A DNA stretch of 64,000 nucleotides from a virus (IMGVR_UViG_3300023172_000016:1-64000); one strand, 5' to 3'. Counted from the stretch's first letter, positions 46,110 to 57,097 are shown. The notes: generated by a model not told the origin, from the sequence alone. Numbers and translations are program-made.

Positions 46110-46489
46110 TACTTATCCTGATTTCTAAGTCTAAGCCAGTTCTTGATGCTCAATATAGCGGTAGTCAAAATAACCATGCCACCAATAAAGAACAGTCCGT
46201 CAAACTCGTCGTATCCGGATTGCAAAATTGTTAACTGCACCAGCCCAAACATATAACCAAACCACATTATCACCCAAACTAAGTCGGGTACCCTTTTTGT
46301 CCTTTTGGTTATTTTTTCAACTTTCTCATCATGTACTACTCTACTTAGAGCATCTTGCAGATCCTTTCCATATGCAGGAACATTTTCTGTCGTTCCATCC
46401 TCATTTAATACAGTGACTTCATACTTAAGCCATTCAGGAAAGGATTCAGATTCCTTTCTATATTCAACTCTAATTGCTTTCTTTCTCAT
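46109..46489 (-). CDS. Membrane protein
   Basis: Two C-terminal hydrophobic helices. Confidence 0.6.
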   Translation of the reverse strand: MRKKAIRVEYRKESESFPEWLKYEVTVLNEDGTTENVPAYGKDLQDALSRVVHDEKVEKITKRTKRVPDLVWVIMWFGYMFGLVQLTILQSGYDEFDGLFFIGGMVILTTAILSIKNWLRLRNQDK

Positions 46490-46661
46490 TTTGGTTATAG
46501 GTTTTTTCTATTGATTTAAGGTACTCCATAGAACTGACTGGACCTAAGATCGCATCAGGGGAGTACAGATAAATGTGTAGGAACATTCTATCATCATTAT
46601 ATCTCTCTCTTATTAATTTTAGGGAGGAGATGTCAGGTAAAAATCTTTTATTAAATCCCAT
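46470..46661 (-). CDS. Hypothetical protein
   Basis: 63-aa ORF MGFNKRFL... Confidence 0.45.
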   Translation of the reverse strand: MGFNKRFLPDISSLKLIRERYNDDRMFLHIYLYSPDAILGPVSSMEYLKSIEKTYNQNEKESN

Positions 46662-47807
46662 TTAAAATAAAGTGTTAATCATGAACAGATTAGGTGATAT
46701 AGGAGTGTGACCCATTACCTCTATGAATCTGTTAATTGGATCCAGAATAGTCTTTGTAAACTGCTGATCAAAATCTATCGGGGGAGCAAATTCATATGGA
46801 AAAGTTCCTTGAGAATACGCAAACACATTGTTATCCCCGGGGTTCTTAACCTTAACAAAATAGAATCTTACCTTTTCTCCACCCCCGATCAAAGGATATT
46901 TGTCCTTGTATTTTGTTGAATTTAATAAGTAATTGTGGTAAGCTGAAGCTCTCACGTGGATGGGACATCCCTTTGCTACCTCTAATGCTGTTGTATCATT
47001 AAGAACGAACTTCTCATAATTATTGAGATTTACAGCAACAGCTATATTCTCAGGCTCTTGAGCTTTAAAATCTGTTTTAATGGATTTTAGCTCCCTGACA
47101 AACTCTCTTAGTTCAAACGACCTACCGCGTTCAAAAATAAACTTAGTTAGGTAGATCAGCTTTTCTCTTACAAAGGAAGGAGTGCCACCCTTAACCATCT
47201 CAACTCCGGTAGTCTTAATTGATGTTAGTGGGTCTGAGTGAACCCCATCGGAGTAAACAATATTTGTTACATACTTTTTTTTACCAAGGAAAATTCCATT
47301 GATGGATAGAGTTTCCATCTCAAAATCTTGGTAATTATCAGTACCCCATTTTTCTGCATAGATATCAAAACATTTCTTAAGATACCCAACAAGCCTGTTT
47401 TCGTTTATAGACAGGATAAGATCTTTATCCGTTCCTTTCCAACCATCGCAAGATGAAACAACCTCCTGGAAGGTAACGTAGTTAGAATCAGTATCTCCAT
47501 ACACAACCATTGGTTTGCGAATCCTCTTAACATTCGTAAGACCAAGTTTTTCGTGCAGCTCTTTATCTTTATGCCAAAACTCGTGGAAGTACTTGTGAAG
47601 TATCTTCTCGGAGTGCTTGATCAAGTCTTGTCCTTGCAGTGTCACAGCTTCAGCAACCTCAGGATTGAAACAAACAAACCAGCTGTTACCAATCGCTCCG
47701 TAGATTGAGTTCATGGTAAGTTTAACTGCTTGCTCCTCGTTCTTCAGCTCATTCTTTAATGCAGTGAGCTTTTCAATTTTTTCCCTTAGCGCTGGTACTT
47801 CAGACAT
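46662..47807 (-). CDS. Family B DNA polymerase, C-terminal subunit of a split enzyme
   Basis: Begins just before motif B (KLTMNSIYG), has YGDTDS, KKKY, GVE; lacks exonuclease and motif A. Confidence 0.9.
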   Translation of the reverse strand: MSEVPALREKIEKLTALKNELKNEEQAVKLTMNSIYGAIGNSWFVCFNPEVAEAVTLQGQDLIKHSEKILHKYFHEFWHKDKELHEKLGLTNVKRIRKPMVVYGDTDSNYVTFQEVVSSCDGWKGTDKDLILSINENRLVGYLKKCFDIYAEKWGTDNYQDFEMETLSINGIFLGKKKYVTNIVYSDGVHSDPLTSIKTTGVEMVKGGTPSFVREKLIYLTKFIFERGRSFELREFVRELKSIKTDFKAQEPENIAVAVNLNNYEKFVLNDTTALEVAKGCPIHVRASAYHNYLLNSTKYKDKYPLIGGGEKVRFYFVKVKNPGDNNVFAYSQGTFPYEFAPPIDFDQQFTKTILDPINRFIEVMGHTPISPNLFMINTLF

Positions 47808-47811
47808 GCTA

Positions 47812-48573
47812 TTATTTTTCTATGATTCCAACTGCTGTTGATGTTTCTGTTTGTTCAGAGAAAAACACTATACGATTTTCGTGAACGTAGCATTCAGAGG
47901 ATTCAGCATCAACGTAGTTTAAGTGGGATTTATAAATGGAAGATTCTAGAGGATCTTCAACCTCTATTTCAGAGGTTCCAATATTTAGCTTATAATCAAA
48001 GGAGTCACCAGTAATCTTTACTTGCTCTTTGTTTACCCTATATACAAGAAGTTCTTCCGAGTTGGACTCTAAACCACAAAGAGACATTACAGATGAAAAA
48101 TCTGAATTATAGATTTTGAATTTAGACATGGCATCTTCCTTTGAATGAACCATTCCTAAGATAGTGTCTTCAACATATGAAAGGAGGGAAAGATCAGCAC
48201 ATCTAATCTTGATCTTCAAAGACGGGGATACCACTTGCATTTCAGAGGCAACACATTCTCCATCAACTTCAGAGATTGTTAGATCCAGGTGTATATCCTC
48301 TTCTGGACGGAAGTGCTTAAAGCAATCCATTAAACGTGTAACATCAATCAATCCAATCTTAACTCGATCACACCCAAGATCATCAAACCCAGGTACCTCT
48401 TCGAACACCTGGTTGATATCAACGGATGAGTATTTCATAACAGCCTTATCTGGCGTGTGTACTTTACAAAACAATTTTTCAGCGTTCAATTCCAAAAGAA
48501 CACTTTTATCAACGACCTTAAGCTTCTTTAGAAAAGCAATCAGATTGCTTGTGCTTGTTACCCTAATCTTCAT
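47812..48573 (-). CDS. Probable DNA polymerase sliding clamp
   Basis: 253 aa, acidic, beta-rich, adjacent to polB as in T4-like phages; no diagnostic motif. Confidence 0.55.
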   Translation of the reverse strand: MKIRVTSTSNLIAFLKKLKVVDKSVLLELNAEKLFCKVHTPDKAVMKYSSVDINQVFEEVPGFDDLGCDRVKIGLIDVTRLMDCFKHFRPEEDIHLDLTISEVDGECVASEMQVVSPSLKIKIRCADLSLLSYVEDTILGMVHSKEDAMSKFKIYNSDFSSVMSLCGLESNSEELLVYRVNKEQVKITGDSFDYKLNIGTSEIEVEDPLESSIYKSHLNYVDAESSECYVHENRIVFFSEQTETSTAVGIIEK

Positions 48574-48633
48574 TTCTTGTGATTTAACTTTAATCTTCTA
48601 TAGTACCTACAGGAATTAATTTCGTCTCTACAC

Positions 48634-48660
48634 AAAAAATCCCGACTATTGCCGGGATTT
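48634..48660 (-). terminator. Intrinsic terminator
   Basis: AAATCCCGGC-AATA-GTCGGGATTT plus T run. Confidence 0.75.
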
Positions 48661-48680
48661 AAATTTGATTGTGGTGATGT

Positions 48681-49658
48681 CTATTGCATACCGGTAGATC
48701 TAATAGTGTCGATAATAACTCTCTTATCTACAGGATTGAGTGTTTCTGCCCATTTTCTCACAGATTGAACATCAGTTGGTATTGATGCATAGCTATTAGT
48801 AGACGAGCTTTCCTTTCCTTTATCACCAGATTCTTCCTTTGGAGATTCTTTAGCTGCAGTAGCATCAAAAGCCTTTTTAGAAAAATCCTCTATATTCTTT
48901 ACAATCGTGTCGAATTCTTTCTTTGATTGTGCTGGAAGATCCTTAGTTTCAACGTCGTCGATCTTGCCTTCAACTTCCTCTTTTCTTGCTACACCAAAGT
49001 CTATCTTAGATCCCTTAATTTTTGAGTTCAGATCGTTTGCGATTTCAATTATAAGATCGTTGCTAAGATTTACTTTCTCATTATTAAACATTTCAGAAAA
49101 AGTCTTACCTAACATATCGTAGAATAATCTCATTTGGTTAGCAATTTCACTTTTATAAGATGCATATGGACTTCCATCGGAAAGAGTTTCACCAAGACCT
49201 TTCATAATCTCATCATAAGTAGTATCCTTCCCTAGAATTGTGAACTTCTCTATTAAACCTCTCTCAATAGCACTGAACTCTTGCCATACCTGAGGCCAAG
49301 CTTCCTTCCAAAAAGATCCTGCATTTGATTTCTTATTTTCTATAATATCCTTACCGTCAAATTCTACAGTTGGGATTATATAGCTAATAAGCGTTGGGAA
49401 AATTTTCTTAGATATTCTATTAAATGCTGCATTAAATATAGCTCTATCAGAAGACTTCTCAATATTATTGGCGGAAACTTCTTTTACATTCTCCAACCAA
49501 GCATCGACCACTCTTGTAGCAACATCATAGGGCTTGATAGATTCACCGTTTATATCGATCTCCTTGTCTAGAGGTAAACCGGATCCACCCCAATTTATTT
49601 TCAGATCCTCGTTTAGTGAGAGGTAGTATCTCTTAGAAAAACTTTGTATGTTATCCAT
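48681..49658 (-). CDS. Hypothetical protein with capsid-targeting-like N-terminus
   Basis: MDNIQSFS...SLNED; GATATATA at 49676-49683. Confidence 0.6.
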   Translation of the reverse strand: MDNIQSFSKRYYLSLNEDLKINWGGSGLPLDKEIDINGESIKPYDVATRVVDAWLENVKEVSANNIEKSSDRAIFNAAFNRISKKIFPTLISYIIPTVEFDGKDIIENKKSNAGSFWKEAWPQVWQEFSAIERGLIEKFTILGKDTTYDEIMKGLGETLSDGSPYASYKSEIANQMRLFYDMLGKTFSEMFNNEKVNLSNDLIIEIANDLNSKIKGSKIDFGVARKEEVEGKIDDVETKDLPAQSKKEFDTIVKNIEDFSKKAFDATAAKESPKEESGDKGKESSSTNSYASIPTDVQSVRKWAETLNPVDKRVIIDTIRSTGMQ

Positions 49659-49674
49659 ACCTAAGATTTTTCAT

Positions 49675-51057
49675 TTATATATCCTCAGAATCCTCGCCTT
49701 CCTCAAGATCAAACACCTCTATCTCTGGATCAACAGAAATGCTCTTGGCGGCTACGGCTTTAGGTATAAGAGATGCTGGTTTAGTTTTCTTGAGTTCTCC
49801 AGTAATCTTCTTAACCACAGCCCTTTGTTTAGTGATAGCTTTTTTGGTCTCTCTGATCTTGGATTTGATCCCTTTGATTAAATCCTCGGTCTCTTTAATA
49901 TGGTCTGATGATAGCTTTACTATTTGAATCTGGGAAAGCTTTTGTGATATCCACTTTACAAACTTGTTGAGAAATTCGACAATTTCACTATTCTGTCTCT
50001 TCTTTTGGCTCATGAATATCAAGAACTTTAGCTTAGCCTCCAAAAAATCGAGATCCATATTCAGATCAACCTCATCCTTCATAAGTCTTTTCAGCCTCAC
50101 ATTCTCTAAATGGACCCGGAAAGAATCTAAATATGATTTGACAGAATCAAACTGAGCAACAGCTCCATCTTTGATAAACACAACGTTTTCCCTTACTACT
50201 ATTTTTGTTTGCTTCTTGATAACCTCAACAGCTTGTTTAAATTCTGCTGGCGATACTTTCTTTAAAGAAATACCAACATCACATTTACTCTGAGAATTGT
50301 TCTGCATGTAGTATTCATACCCGTAATAATCGAGCTTGAATAGAAGCTTCTTCATGAAAGAGTCATACCTCATAATAGGAGGCAGATCAAATATCCTTAT
50401 GGTCTTTTTTCTTTCATTGACTTCAAAACCACTCTCAAGTATCCAAGAATCGTCTGAATCAAGTTTATATATTTTTCCACTGAAGTCCTTAAAGTATGGT
50501 TTCAGAAGTTTGTTTTTACCTTCCAGATATTCCACAATATCTTCCATCTTTCTTGGCAGAATATTGCTTCTATATCCAACAGCAATACCAACTATATGTG
50601 TAAGCAACCCAACCGGAATTTCTAGATGGAGCCAGTCGTGTCCACCCTCCTCATTTTTTTCGTTTAGGTCCTTATGTTTCTCAACAATGTCCTTGACATT
50701 TCTGTTTATTTTAACAGCAGTATATCTTGGGGCTGACGGGTTAGGATTAACTGGGGATCCAAAAAATCCATCTCCCTCAAGTATTTCAAACGAACACCCA
50801 AAAGGTCTAGCAAGTTTTGAAATAGCACCAGCAAGGGAAGAATCCCCATGGTGATATAGTCCGGTTCTAATCACCTCACCCACAAGCCCAATGGTTTTAT
50901 TAAATGAGTTTGGACTATTCTCTATAATTATTCTCTGTACTGGGGTTAAGGAATCATAGAAATTAGGAATTCCCCTTGATTGCAAAACATACAGAGCATA
51001 ATCTCTGTACTTTTGATTTATTTGATCCGCGATCGATAATGTACTAACAGCCACCAA
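49675..51057 (-). CDS. Type IIA DNA topoisomerase, A-type subunit (gp52/GyrA-like)
   Basis: RGIP..DSLTPVQR, YHHGDSS, G.FGS, SAPRYT catalytic Tyr, GIAVGY. Confidence 0.92.
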   Translation of the reverse strand: MVAVSTLSIADQINQKYRDYALYVLQSRGIPNFYDSLTPVQRIIIENSPNSFNKTIGLVGEVIRTGLYHHGDSSLAGAISKLARPFGCSFEILEGDGFFGSPVNPNPSAPRYTAVKINRNVKDIVEKHKDLNEKNEEGGHDWLHLEIPVGLLTHIVGIAVGYRSNILPRKMEDIVEYLEGKNKLLKPYFKDFSGKIYKLDSDDSWILESGFEVNERKKTIRIFDLPPIMRYDSFMKKLLFKLDYYGYEYYMQNNSQSKCDVGISLKKVSPAEFKQAVEVIKKQTKIVVRENVVFIKDGAVAQFDSVKSYLDSFRVHLENVRLKRLMKDEVDLNMDLDFLEAKLKFLIFMSQKKRQNSEIVEFLNKFVKWISQKLSQIQIVKLSSDHIKETEDLIKGIKSKIRETKKAITKQRAVVKKITGELKKTKPASLIPKAVAAKSISVDPEIEVFDLEEGEDSEDI

Positions 51058-51107
51058 TTATTTCTTTTAACGGTAGTTGTATAAATCTTAAAAGGATTTG
51101 TTTCTAA

Positions 51108-52250
51108 TTAAGAAAGCTTTGATCCAACATCATCCATTTGGATAAGGGCAACATCTATTTTTCTTTGTCTTGCTGATTTTAGCTTACCAAGAACCCTATT
51201 CAGATCCGATGCTTTGGCAAAAACCAAACATCCAGCAGACCAAGTATTTACATTTTTAGAAGTTCCTCTAGATCTGGCTCTGTGAATGTTTATGCTGAAT
51301 TTACCACTTTGTGAATTACCAGGGGAGAATGTTTTGAAAGTTGCATCTTTGGGATTAGCAACAGGTACATATCTATCAACGTTTACTTTACCGTCCTGTA
51401 CAAAGGCACTATAACCTCTATGAGTACCTATTTTATAGTCATATACTCCGGGTTGAACAATAGCAAGCCCTTTGGGGTTAATGGTATCTTTTAGACCTGT
51501 TGAAAGGTACCAGTTTCTAAAAGGCCTTACCATAAACATAGGCCCAGGAACAGTAGTTGCCTCGTATGTCCACACCTTCTTTTCGTCCTCTGGAGACATT
51601 AATATAATAAGATCAATGAAGTGATTTCCTGATTTTTTCTTCTCCGAAAGGTAGTTTCTTAGAGCAACCAAGTTGTATTTGCTCTTGTCCATCTCTCTCC
51701 AATAATTTTGGCTCTCAAGAGCTGATTTAAGGGAATCCCAAGTAATCTTGTTCTTATTTCTAAATTTATATGAAGAGCTTCTAGGTAATAAAGATGCATC
51801 AGGCTCAAGCACCGCATTAACGTCATCCTCTGCCGCTCTTATTGCATCACCAACTTCCTCGACTTCTCTCCGGACATTAGGATTCTTGTTTAAAACATTT
51901 ATTAGTTCATTATGTGGTGCTGGTGCATCAGTTGGGGTTCCAAGGTTACTGGAGTTCAGCAACCATTGTTCAAGGGATGATCCAACCTTAGTTGCCATAA
52001 GTAAATCAAGGCCCGTCATTTTTTTAGGATCCATGAAAGAATCAAAATCTACCGGCTCTTGTGTAGGCGGTGCAGTATTGGAAGCAGGTTTATTGGTTGT
52101 TATAGAAACATGAGATTCAGGATCTTTTAAGATATCCATCAGTTTGTTTCTAGTTACTCCTGCAGTCCTACCTAAAAGGGATGAGCTCTCGTAAATGGAA
52201 TCTTCCCTTTCGTTTATAAATTCTTCAAATCCCTTTAAATTCTTTCCCAT
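51108..52250 (-). CDS. Protein with C-terminal L,D-transpeptidase-like (YkuD-type) domain
   Basis: ATTVPG, INIHRA...WSAGC His/Cys pair; N-terminus MGKNLKGFEEFINERE. Confidence 0.6.
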   Translation of the reverse strand: MGKNLKGFEEFINEREDSIYESSSLLGRTAGVTRNKLMDILKDPESHVSITTNKPASNTAPPTQEPVDFDSFMDPKKMTGLDLLMATKVGSSLEQWLLNSSNLGTPTDAPAPHNELINVLNKNPNVRREVEEVGDAIRAAEDDVNAVLEPDASLLPRSSSYKFRNKNKITWDSLKSALESQNYWREMDKSKYNLVALRNYLSEKKKSGNHFIDLIILMSPEDEKKVWTYEATTVPGPMFMVRPFRNWYLSTGLKDTINPKGLAIVQPGVYDYKIGTHRGYSAFVQDGKVNVDRYVPVANPKDATFKTFSPGNSQSGKFSINIHRARSRGTSKNVNTWSAGCLVFAKASDLNRVLGKLKSARQRKIDVALIQMDDVGSKLS

Positions 52251-52282
52251 TCAAGCGAGGATATTTATACTATTTATCCCAT

Positions 52283-52633
52283 CTAACGGGAATTTCTTTC
52301 AAAGGAAAAGAAAAACACTACTAAGCTATTTAAAAGAACGCTAATTCCACTTATTAAAAATCCTATTGCTAGAATATTAAGTGCGTTTACAAATATCGAG
52401 TCCCTATATGCCCAGTTAATCATGAAAGAAAGAGGGTTGTAAATAGTTCCAGAGATGGACAGAAATCCAAGTATAATACCAACCCAAAATCCACTACATT
52501 GAATACATGAAAACAACTTATGTAAAGTTGGTGCTTTTACCAATAGGTAAATTCTCAATGGGTCAAATATAGTTCCATTAACAAGGATGGAAGTTATTGA
52601 CCACCCGATTAGAAGATAAATTAGCTCTTTCAT
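52283..52633 (-). CDS. Membrane protein with CxxC.GFW motif (DUF1360-like)
   Basis: IFDPLR, LFSCIQCSGFWVG, three hydrophobic segments. Confidence 0.6.
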   Translation of the reverse strand: MKELIYLLIGWSITSILVNGTIFDPLRIYLLVKAPTLHKLFSCIQCSGFWVGIILGFLSISGTIYNPLSFMINWAYRDSIFVNALNILAIGFLISGISVLLNSLVVFFFSFERNSR

Positions 52634-52634
52634 A

Positions 52635-53654
52635 TTAAAATTTTTCTTGGTAAGATTCTATAAATTCTTGTTGATCTGGGGTTAGGTTCTTTGGCACTTT
52701 AATTCCCATCTTAACTAGTATATCACCACGATAACTTGAGTTAAATTCAGGAACCCCCTTACCAGCCAATCTGAATATTTTTCCGGGAGGAGTACCACCA
52801 GGAATTGTTATTTTATATTCACCACTAGATACAAGATTCGGGATGTGTACTTCCTTACCTAAGCAAGCCTCAGGAAAAGTAAGATCAACATCACAGATGA
52901 GATTATATCCATCCCTTCGATAGAAATCGTGTTTCTTATCATAAACACTTACAATTAAATCCCCCGGGTCAGATGGTGATTTTGCATGGTCTCCCTTTTC
53001 AGGAACTCTAAATGTAATACCAGTAACAGAACCCTTGGGTATTTTGATTTCTATTCGGTCAGACTTTCTAACTACACCAGATCCGCCACAGGAATTACAG
53101 GATGATTTTGGTAATTTGCCAATACCTTCACAAGCATAACAGGTTTCATCCATAGCCATCTGTCCGAAGTTAGTATTTACTACCCTTCTCTTAACACCCA
53201 TACCAGCACAAACATGACACGTATCAAGGTCACCATCCTTTGCTCCAGTTCCTTTACATTCGGAACATTGCATATTCCTGAACAGGTTTGCATTTTTTGT
53301 AGATCCACTAAGTACCTCCTCTAAAGTAATCTCAACCCTGGCATTGATATTCTTGCCTTTCTTGATTACCTCACTCTCATAAAAGTTACTGTTGTGAAAT
53401 CCACCACCGAATGGATTGAACCCACCACCAAAGGAGCCACCAAATGGATTTGGATTGTCGTACTCCGATTTCTTCTTTGGATTACTTAAAGTCTCGTATG
53501 CTTCAGCAATCTCCTTAAATTTTTTCTCTGATTCTGGATCCCCACCGGATTTATCCGGGTGATACTTTAAAGCTAGTTTTCGATATGCTTTCTTAATCTC
53601 ATCCGCTGAGGAGTTCCGATTAACTCCCAGTATTTTATAATAGTCCGGCTTCAT
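52635..53654 (-). CDS. dnaJ: Chaperone DnaJ
   Basis: J domain with HPD, G/F-rich linker, four CxxCxGxG repeats. Confidence 0.96.
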   Translation of the reverse strand: MKPDYYKILGVNRNSSADEIKKAYRKLALKYHPDKSGGDPESEKKFKEIAEAYETLSNPKKKSEYDNPNPFGGSFGGGFNPFGGGFHNSNFYESEVIKKGKNINARVEITLEEVLSGSTKNANLFRNMQCSECKGTGAKDGDLDTCHVCAGMGVKRRVVNTNFGQMAMDETCYACEGIGKLPKSSCNSCGGSGVVRKSDRIEIKIPKGSVTGITFRVPEKGDHAKSPSDPGDLIVSVYDKKHDFYRRDGYNLICDVDLTFPEACLGKEVHIPNLVSSGEYKITIPGGTPPGKIFRLAGKGVPEFNSSYRGDILVKMGIKVPKNLTPDQQEFIESYQEKF

Positions 53655-53664
53655 TTAACATCCT

Positions 53665-54012
53665 TTAGAAAGAGGATTTAAGCCATTCCCTGATTACCAC
53701 TTCTTTTCCTCTATCAATCTGAGGAACCTTATTCCATTTAGATTTTAGGGATTTTTTTAACCCAACGATTTCACCACAGATCTCATAATTCTCTTCAGCT
53801 TCCCAATATGAAACCATTCTAAAACAAAAATCATCTATCCTTTCCTCAGAATCGAAAATATAGACGAAGTCTTCCGATTGTAATCTTAAAGCATTGAGAA
53901 AAAGATCCTGTACTGCTCTTTCGACGTGGCATTTCAAAATGGCATATTGAGGATGTTCGTCAAAGGACGAACTCCAGTCAGAAAAATGATAATTGCCAGA
54001 TCCTATATCCAT
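53665..54012 (-). CDS. Small protein with UVR-like ENYEIC motif
   Basis: YWEAEENYEICGEI. Confidence 0.55.
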   Translation of the reverse strand: MDIGSGNYHFSDWSSSFDEHPQYAILKCHVERAVQDLFLNALRLQSEDFVYIFDSEERIDDFCFRMVSYWEAEENYEICGEIVGLKKSLKSKWNKVPQIDRGKEVVIREWLKSSF

Positions 54013-54016
54013 CGTT

Positions 54017-54271
54017 TTATTTAGTGTCTAAAAATTTATATATCTGTATATAAATTTTTTGGTCAACCAAATCCCGAAAATCAACTTTAAGTTTTTCCAA
54101 AACTGTACTTACTCTTTCATTACCAAAGTGTGAAAATAGGACTTGTTTTTTAATTTCCGCCTCCATCTCGTCATCTCTTTTATATTTAACATTGGAATCT
54201 TTAAGATCCAGGATGGATTTTTCAAATTCTTGGAATCGTTGTAGATCTTCTTTACTTAATTGTTCAGGCAT
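54017..54271 (-). CDS. Hypothetical protein
   Basis: 84-aa ORF. Confidence 0.5.
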   Translation of the reverse strand: MPEQLSKEDLQRFQEFEKSILDLKDSNVKYKRDDEMEAEIKKQVLFSHFGNERVSTVLEKLKVDFRDLVDQKIYIQIYKFLDTK

Positions 54272-55203
54272 AGGATTTGTTCGATGTTTTGGTGGTAATC
54301 TAAAAGGGCTTTGTCTTTCTTTTTTACCTCAAGTTCTATATCGAAGTCAAATCCATATGTTTCGATTTTTTCGTGGATCCAATCTGAATGTGCAAGATCC
54401 TTTGCACTGGCATCTTCAAAGAGAGCCCTGGATTCTGAAAAGTGTGTCAGTGGTGTTATTCCAGAAGGCCAAGTGTCTAAGCACACTTTAAGGGATTCAG
54501 CCTCAGTTAATCCCTCTGGAGGATTACATATGTTATGTAGATAATCAAAAGTAATTGGCACTCCAATCACATCATAAACCATCCTCTTCAGATCTACCGA
54601 AGTGTATTGAGATTTTTTGTCATCCACTTCAACGACAAGTCTTTTCTTGACAGAATCCTCAAGTGAATGAAAATTCTCACAAAATCTTGCTGCTGCTTCT
54701 TCCTTGGTTGGTTGTGCTGTGTTAACGTGGATGTTTATTGGATAGTAATGGGTTTGTGGTAGTCCCATGAGATCCATTATCTCAGCATGCTGTCTTAATT
54801 CTTTGCTTGCATTCTGAACCACATCTTCCCTAAGTGATGCAAGAACAGAGTATGGAGACGGATGGAAAGTTAGCCTTTGGTTATTTTTAATTGCTATATG
54901 GCCTGCCTCCTTTAAGTGAAATGCAATCTGTTTAAAGTCTGGAAGTTCAACAATTTCATATTCTGAGCACCAGGGGAACATATCAGAGCTCATCCTATAC
55001 ATGGTGATGTTATTATCTACGTTCCATTGTATAATCTTCTTTAGGTCTTTTACATTTTGGAGAGCAAGTTCGGAAACATATTCTAAACCTCTGTCAAGGA
55101 ATGTTCTTTTTACCATTGACCTATTAGTTGTAACCCTATCTTTCTTACTAACACCCTCACTAAGTGATAGATTTATACAACAGTATCCGAATTTTCTTGG
55201 CAT
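54256..55203 (-). CDS. uvsE: UV-damage endonuclease
   Basis: GYCCIN, YRMSSDMFP, RLTFHP, INIHV, RLVVEVDD, FDYLH, THFSE, AHSD, ELEVKKKD. Confidence 0.93.
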   Translation of the reverse strand: MPRKFGYCCINLSLSEGVSKKDRVTTNRSMVKRTFLDRGLEYVSELALQNVKDLKKIIQWNVDNNITMYRMSSDMFPWCSEYEIVELPDFKQIAFHLKEAGHIAIKNNQRLTFHPSPYSVLASLREDVVQNASKELRQHAEIMDLMGLPQTHYYPINIHVNTAQPTKEEAAARFCENFHSLEDSVKKRLVVEVDDKKSQYTSVDLKRMVYDVIGVPITFDYLHNICNPPEGLTEAESLKVCLDTWPSGITPLTHFSESRALFEDASAKDLAHSDWIHEKIETYGFDFDIELEVKKKDKALLDYHQNIEQILCLNN

Positions 55204-55243
55204 GTGGTAAAATTAAGTCAATGTTGTGCTTTGAAAAAATAAA

Positions 55244-57022
55244 TCAGGATAAAGTTGATAACCAAACTTTCCTAGCATCCGAAGATTTACCAAAAGCCAT
55301 CTCTAGCATTGCACTAGATTTTCTATCCTTAACTATCTTGGTTATTCTCTTGTTCTTCATTACATGATCCCAATCCTCCAGAGACAAAGACCCAAGACCT
55401 TTAAGATACCTTACATTAGAAATTCTTTTCCCCTGCCCCTTATCCTTAAACTCCTCCAAAGAGTAGTAGTACGTTTTAGTTCTATCCCCAACGGAAACCA
55501 AAGGTGTTTCTAGAAAGCTAAGTTTCTTGTTTTCCACTATCCATGGGAACCACTTAAAGAAAAGATTGATAAGTAATGAAGTGATGTGAGCACCATCTGG
55601 ATCCTGATCAGTAGCAATAACTATGTTATCATAAGGACATTTTAAATCCGGTTTTTCTGGGTCAAGATTTAATATCTGCATAAGTTCAAGGATTTCCTTA
55701 TTATCGGCTAAATCAGAAAGGCTCCTTGCATTCTTTATTTTTCCCTTAAGAGCATAGACACCATCTCTGGAAGGATTTCTTTTTTGTAGAATTGAACCCA
55801 TGGCACTTAGGCCCTCAACTATAAAAAGGTTTTCTGCATTTCTAGATGTTGGTGGGAAATACTTGTGGGAGAATTTGACCCTCACGTTTTTCTTCTCCTT
55901 CCTTATCTTCTTTAAGTTAGCATCACGCTTTCTTGCTTCAACCTCTTTTTTGATCTTTTTAAATAGAGGGGTGGTGTAAAACTTTTTAAGGGACCCCGAG
56001 AATGCATTGAGAATTATTTGTTCGACATCTTCTCTCCTCGTAACAAATTTGGTTTTATTCTGGTCCCCAAACTTAACCAAAGCTGGGGGTAAGTTTAATA
56101 TTAAGCAAAAGTCGTAAAAGTGGTGTGCTAGTGAATCATCCAGGGTATCATTTATCTGGTCCATGATGATCTTCTGGTGTATCCCTGTACAAATTGCAGA
56201 GTTCATAAAAGAGAAAGATCCAGACCCTTCCGAGTTTTCCCAGATAAGAAGTTCTCCAATTTTGGTCTTGTAGGAAATTTGTTTAAATATTGAAGTGTTC
56301 ACTGGAATTTCTTTTCCATCCCAAATGAACTTAATTTTAATACCCCTAGTATTAGGCTCAGTTTCTAGCACTCTCTTTTTTAGCAAAAGTTGTGAGAGGA
56401 GTATGTCCTTATTCCACTTGCAATTATCGAAGATGTTAGAAAGTGGTGTGAAACTTACCGAGGTGCCAAGTTTTTTTCTGCCCCTCTTTAGAACTTTAGC
56501 CTTTGCAGGTTTAAATTTATTCCACTCTTGGTAATAATACTCTTTGGGGCTTGTTGTCTCAATAGAAAAGAAGCTAGACATAGCATTAACAAGGCTCACA
56601 CCCATGCCGTTTGTACCAATAAGCGTCTCTTCAACATTATCGTTGTCAAAGTTTGATCCTGCTCTGAGCATAGAAACTGCTGTGGCAATGTTACTAAGTC
56701 CACTTTTCTTGTTAATTGTGGACCCGTTTACGAAACCCTCCCCAGAATCTGTTATCTTTATGTTGTTTGTTTTAGAGTCAACCTCAACAGTAATAGAATC
56801 CATAGATTTCTTCATCCTCTTCGCTTCGTCAACAGAGTTTGAAAATACCTCATCAAAAAGTTTGTACATACCTACTGAAATCTGGTATGTTGAGCTAAGG
56901 ATCTTATCACGCTTAACTATTGGTAACTGCTCTTCGCTTAGCTTAACAGATCCAACATATATGGTTGGCCTTTTAAGAATGTGTTCAAAATCTGAGAGTA
57001 CCTGTATGCTTTTAGTTGCCAT
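55244..57022 (-). CDS. Type IIA DNA topoisomerase, B-type subunit (ATPase + TOPRIM)
   Basis: EHILKRP..YVGS, EVFSNSVDE, GTNGMG, VEGLSA, LKGK, DQDPDG.HI, YLKGLGS. Confidence 0.95.
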   Translation of the reverse strand: MATKSIQVLSDFEHILKRPTIYVGSVKLSEEQLPIVKRDKILSSTYQISVGMYKLFDEVFSNSVDEAKRMKKSMDSITVEVDSKTNNIKITDSGEGFVNGSTINKKSGLSNIATAVSMLRAGSNFDNDNVEETLIGTNGMGVSLVNAMSSFFSIETTSPKEYYYQEWNKFKPAKAKVLKRGRKKLGTSVSFTPLSNIFDNCKWNKDILLSQLLLKKRVLETEPNTRGIKIKFIWDGKEIPVNTSIFKQISYKTKIGELLIWENSEGSGSFSFMNSAICTGIHQKIIMDQINDTLDDSLAHHFYDFCLILNLPPALVKFGDQNKTKFVTRREDVEQIILNAFSGSLKKFYTTPLFKKIKKEVEARKRDANLKKIRKEKKNVRVKFSHKYFPPTSRNAENLFIVEGLSAMGSILQKRNPSRDGVYALKGKIKNARSLSDLADNKEILELMQILNLDPEKPDLKCPYDNIVIATDQDPDGAHITSLLINLFFKWFPWIVENKKLSFLETPLVSVGDRTKTYYYSLEEFKDKGQGKRISNVRYLKGLGSLSLEDWDHVMKNKRITKIVKDRKSSAMLEMAFGKSSDARKVWLSTLS

Positions 57023-57072
57023 AAAAAGAATATGATTTGAGTTTATATGGAACTTCCAAAATATAATTTCAC

Positions 57073-57097
57073 AAAAAAAGCGGGATGTACCCGCTTT
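57073..57097 (-). terminator. Intrinsic terminator
   Basis: AAAGCGGG-TACAT-CCCGCTTT plus T run. Confidence 0.75.
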
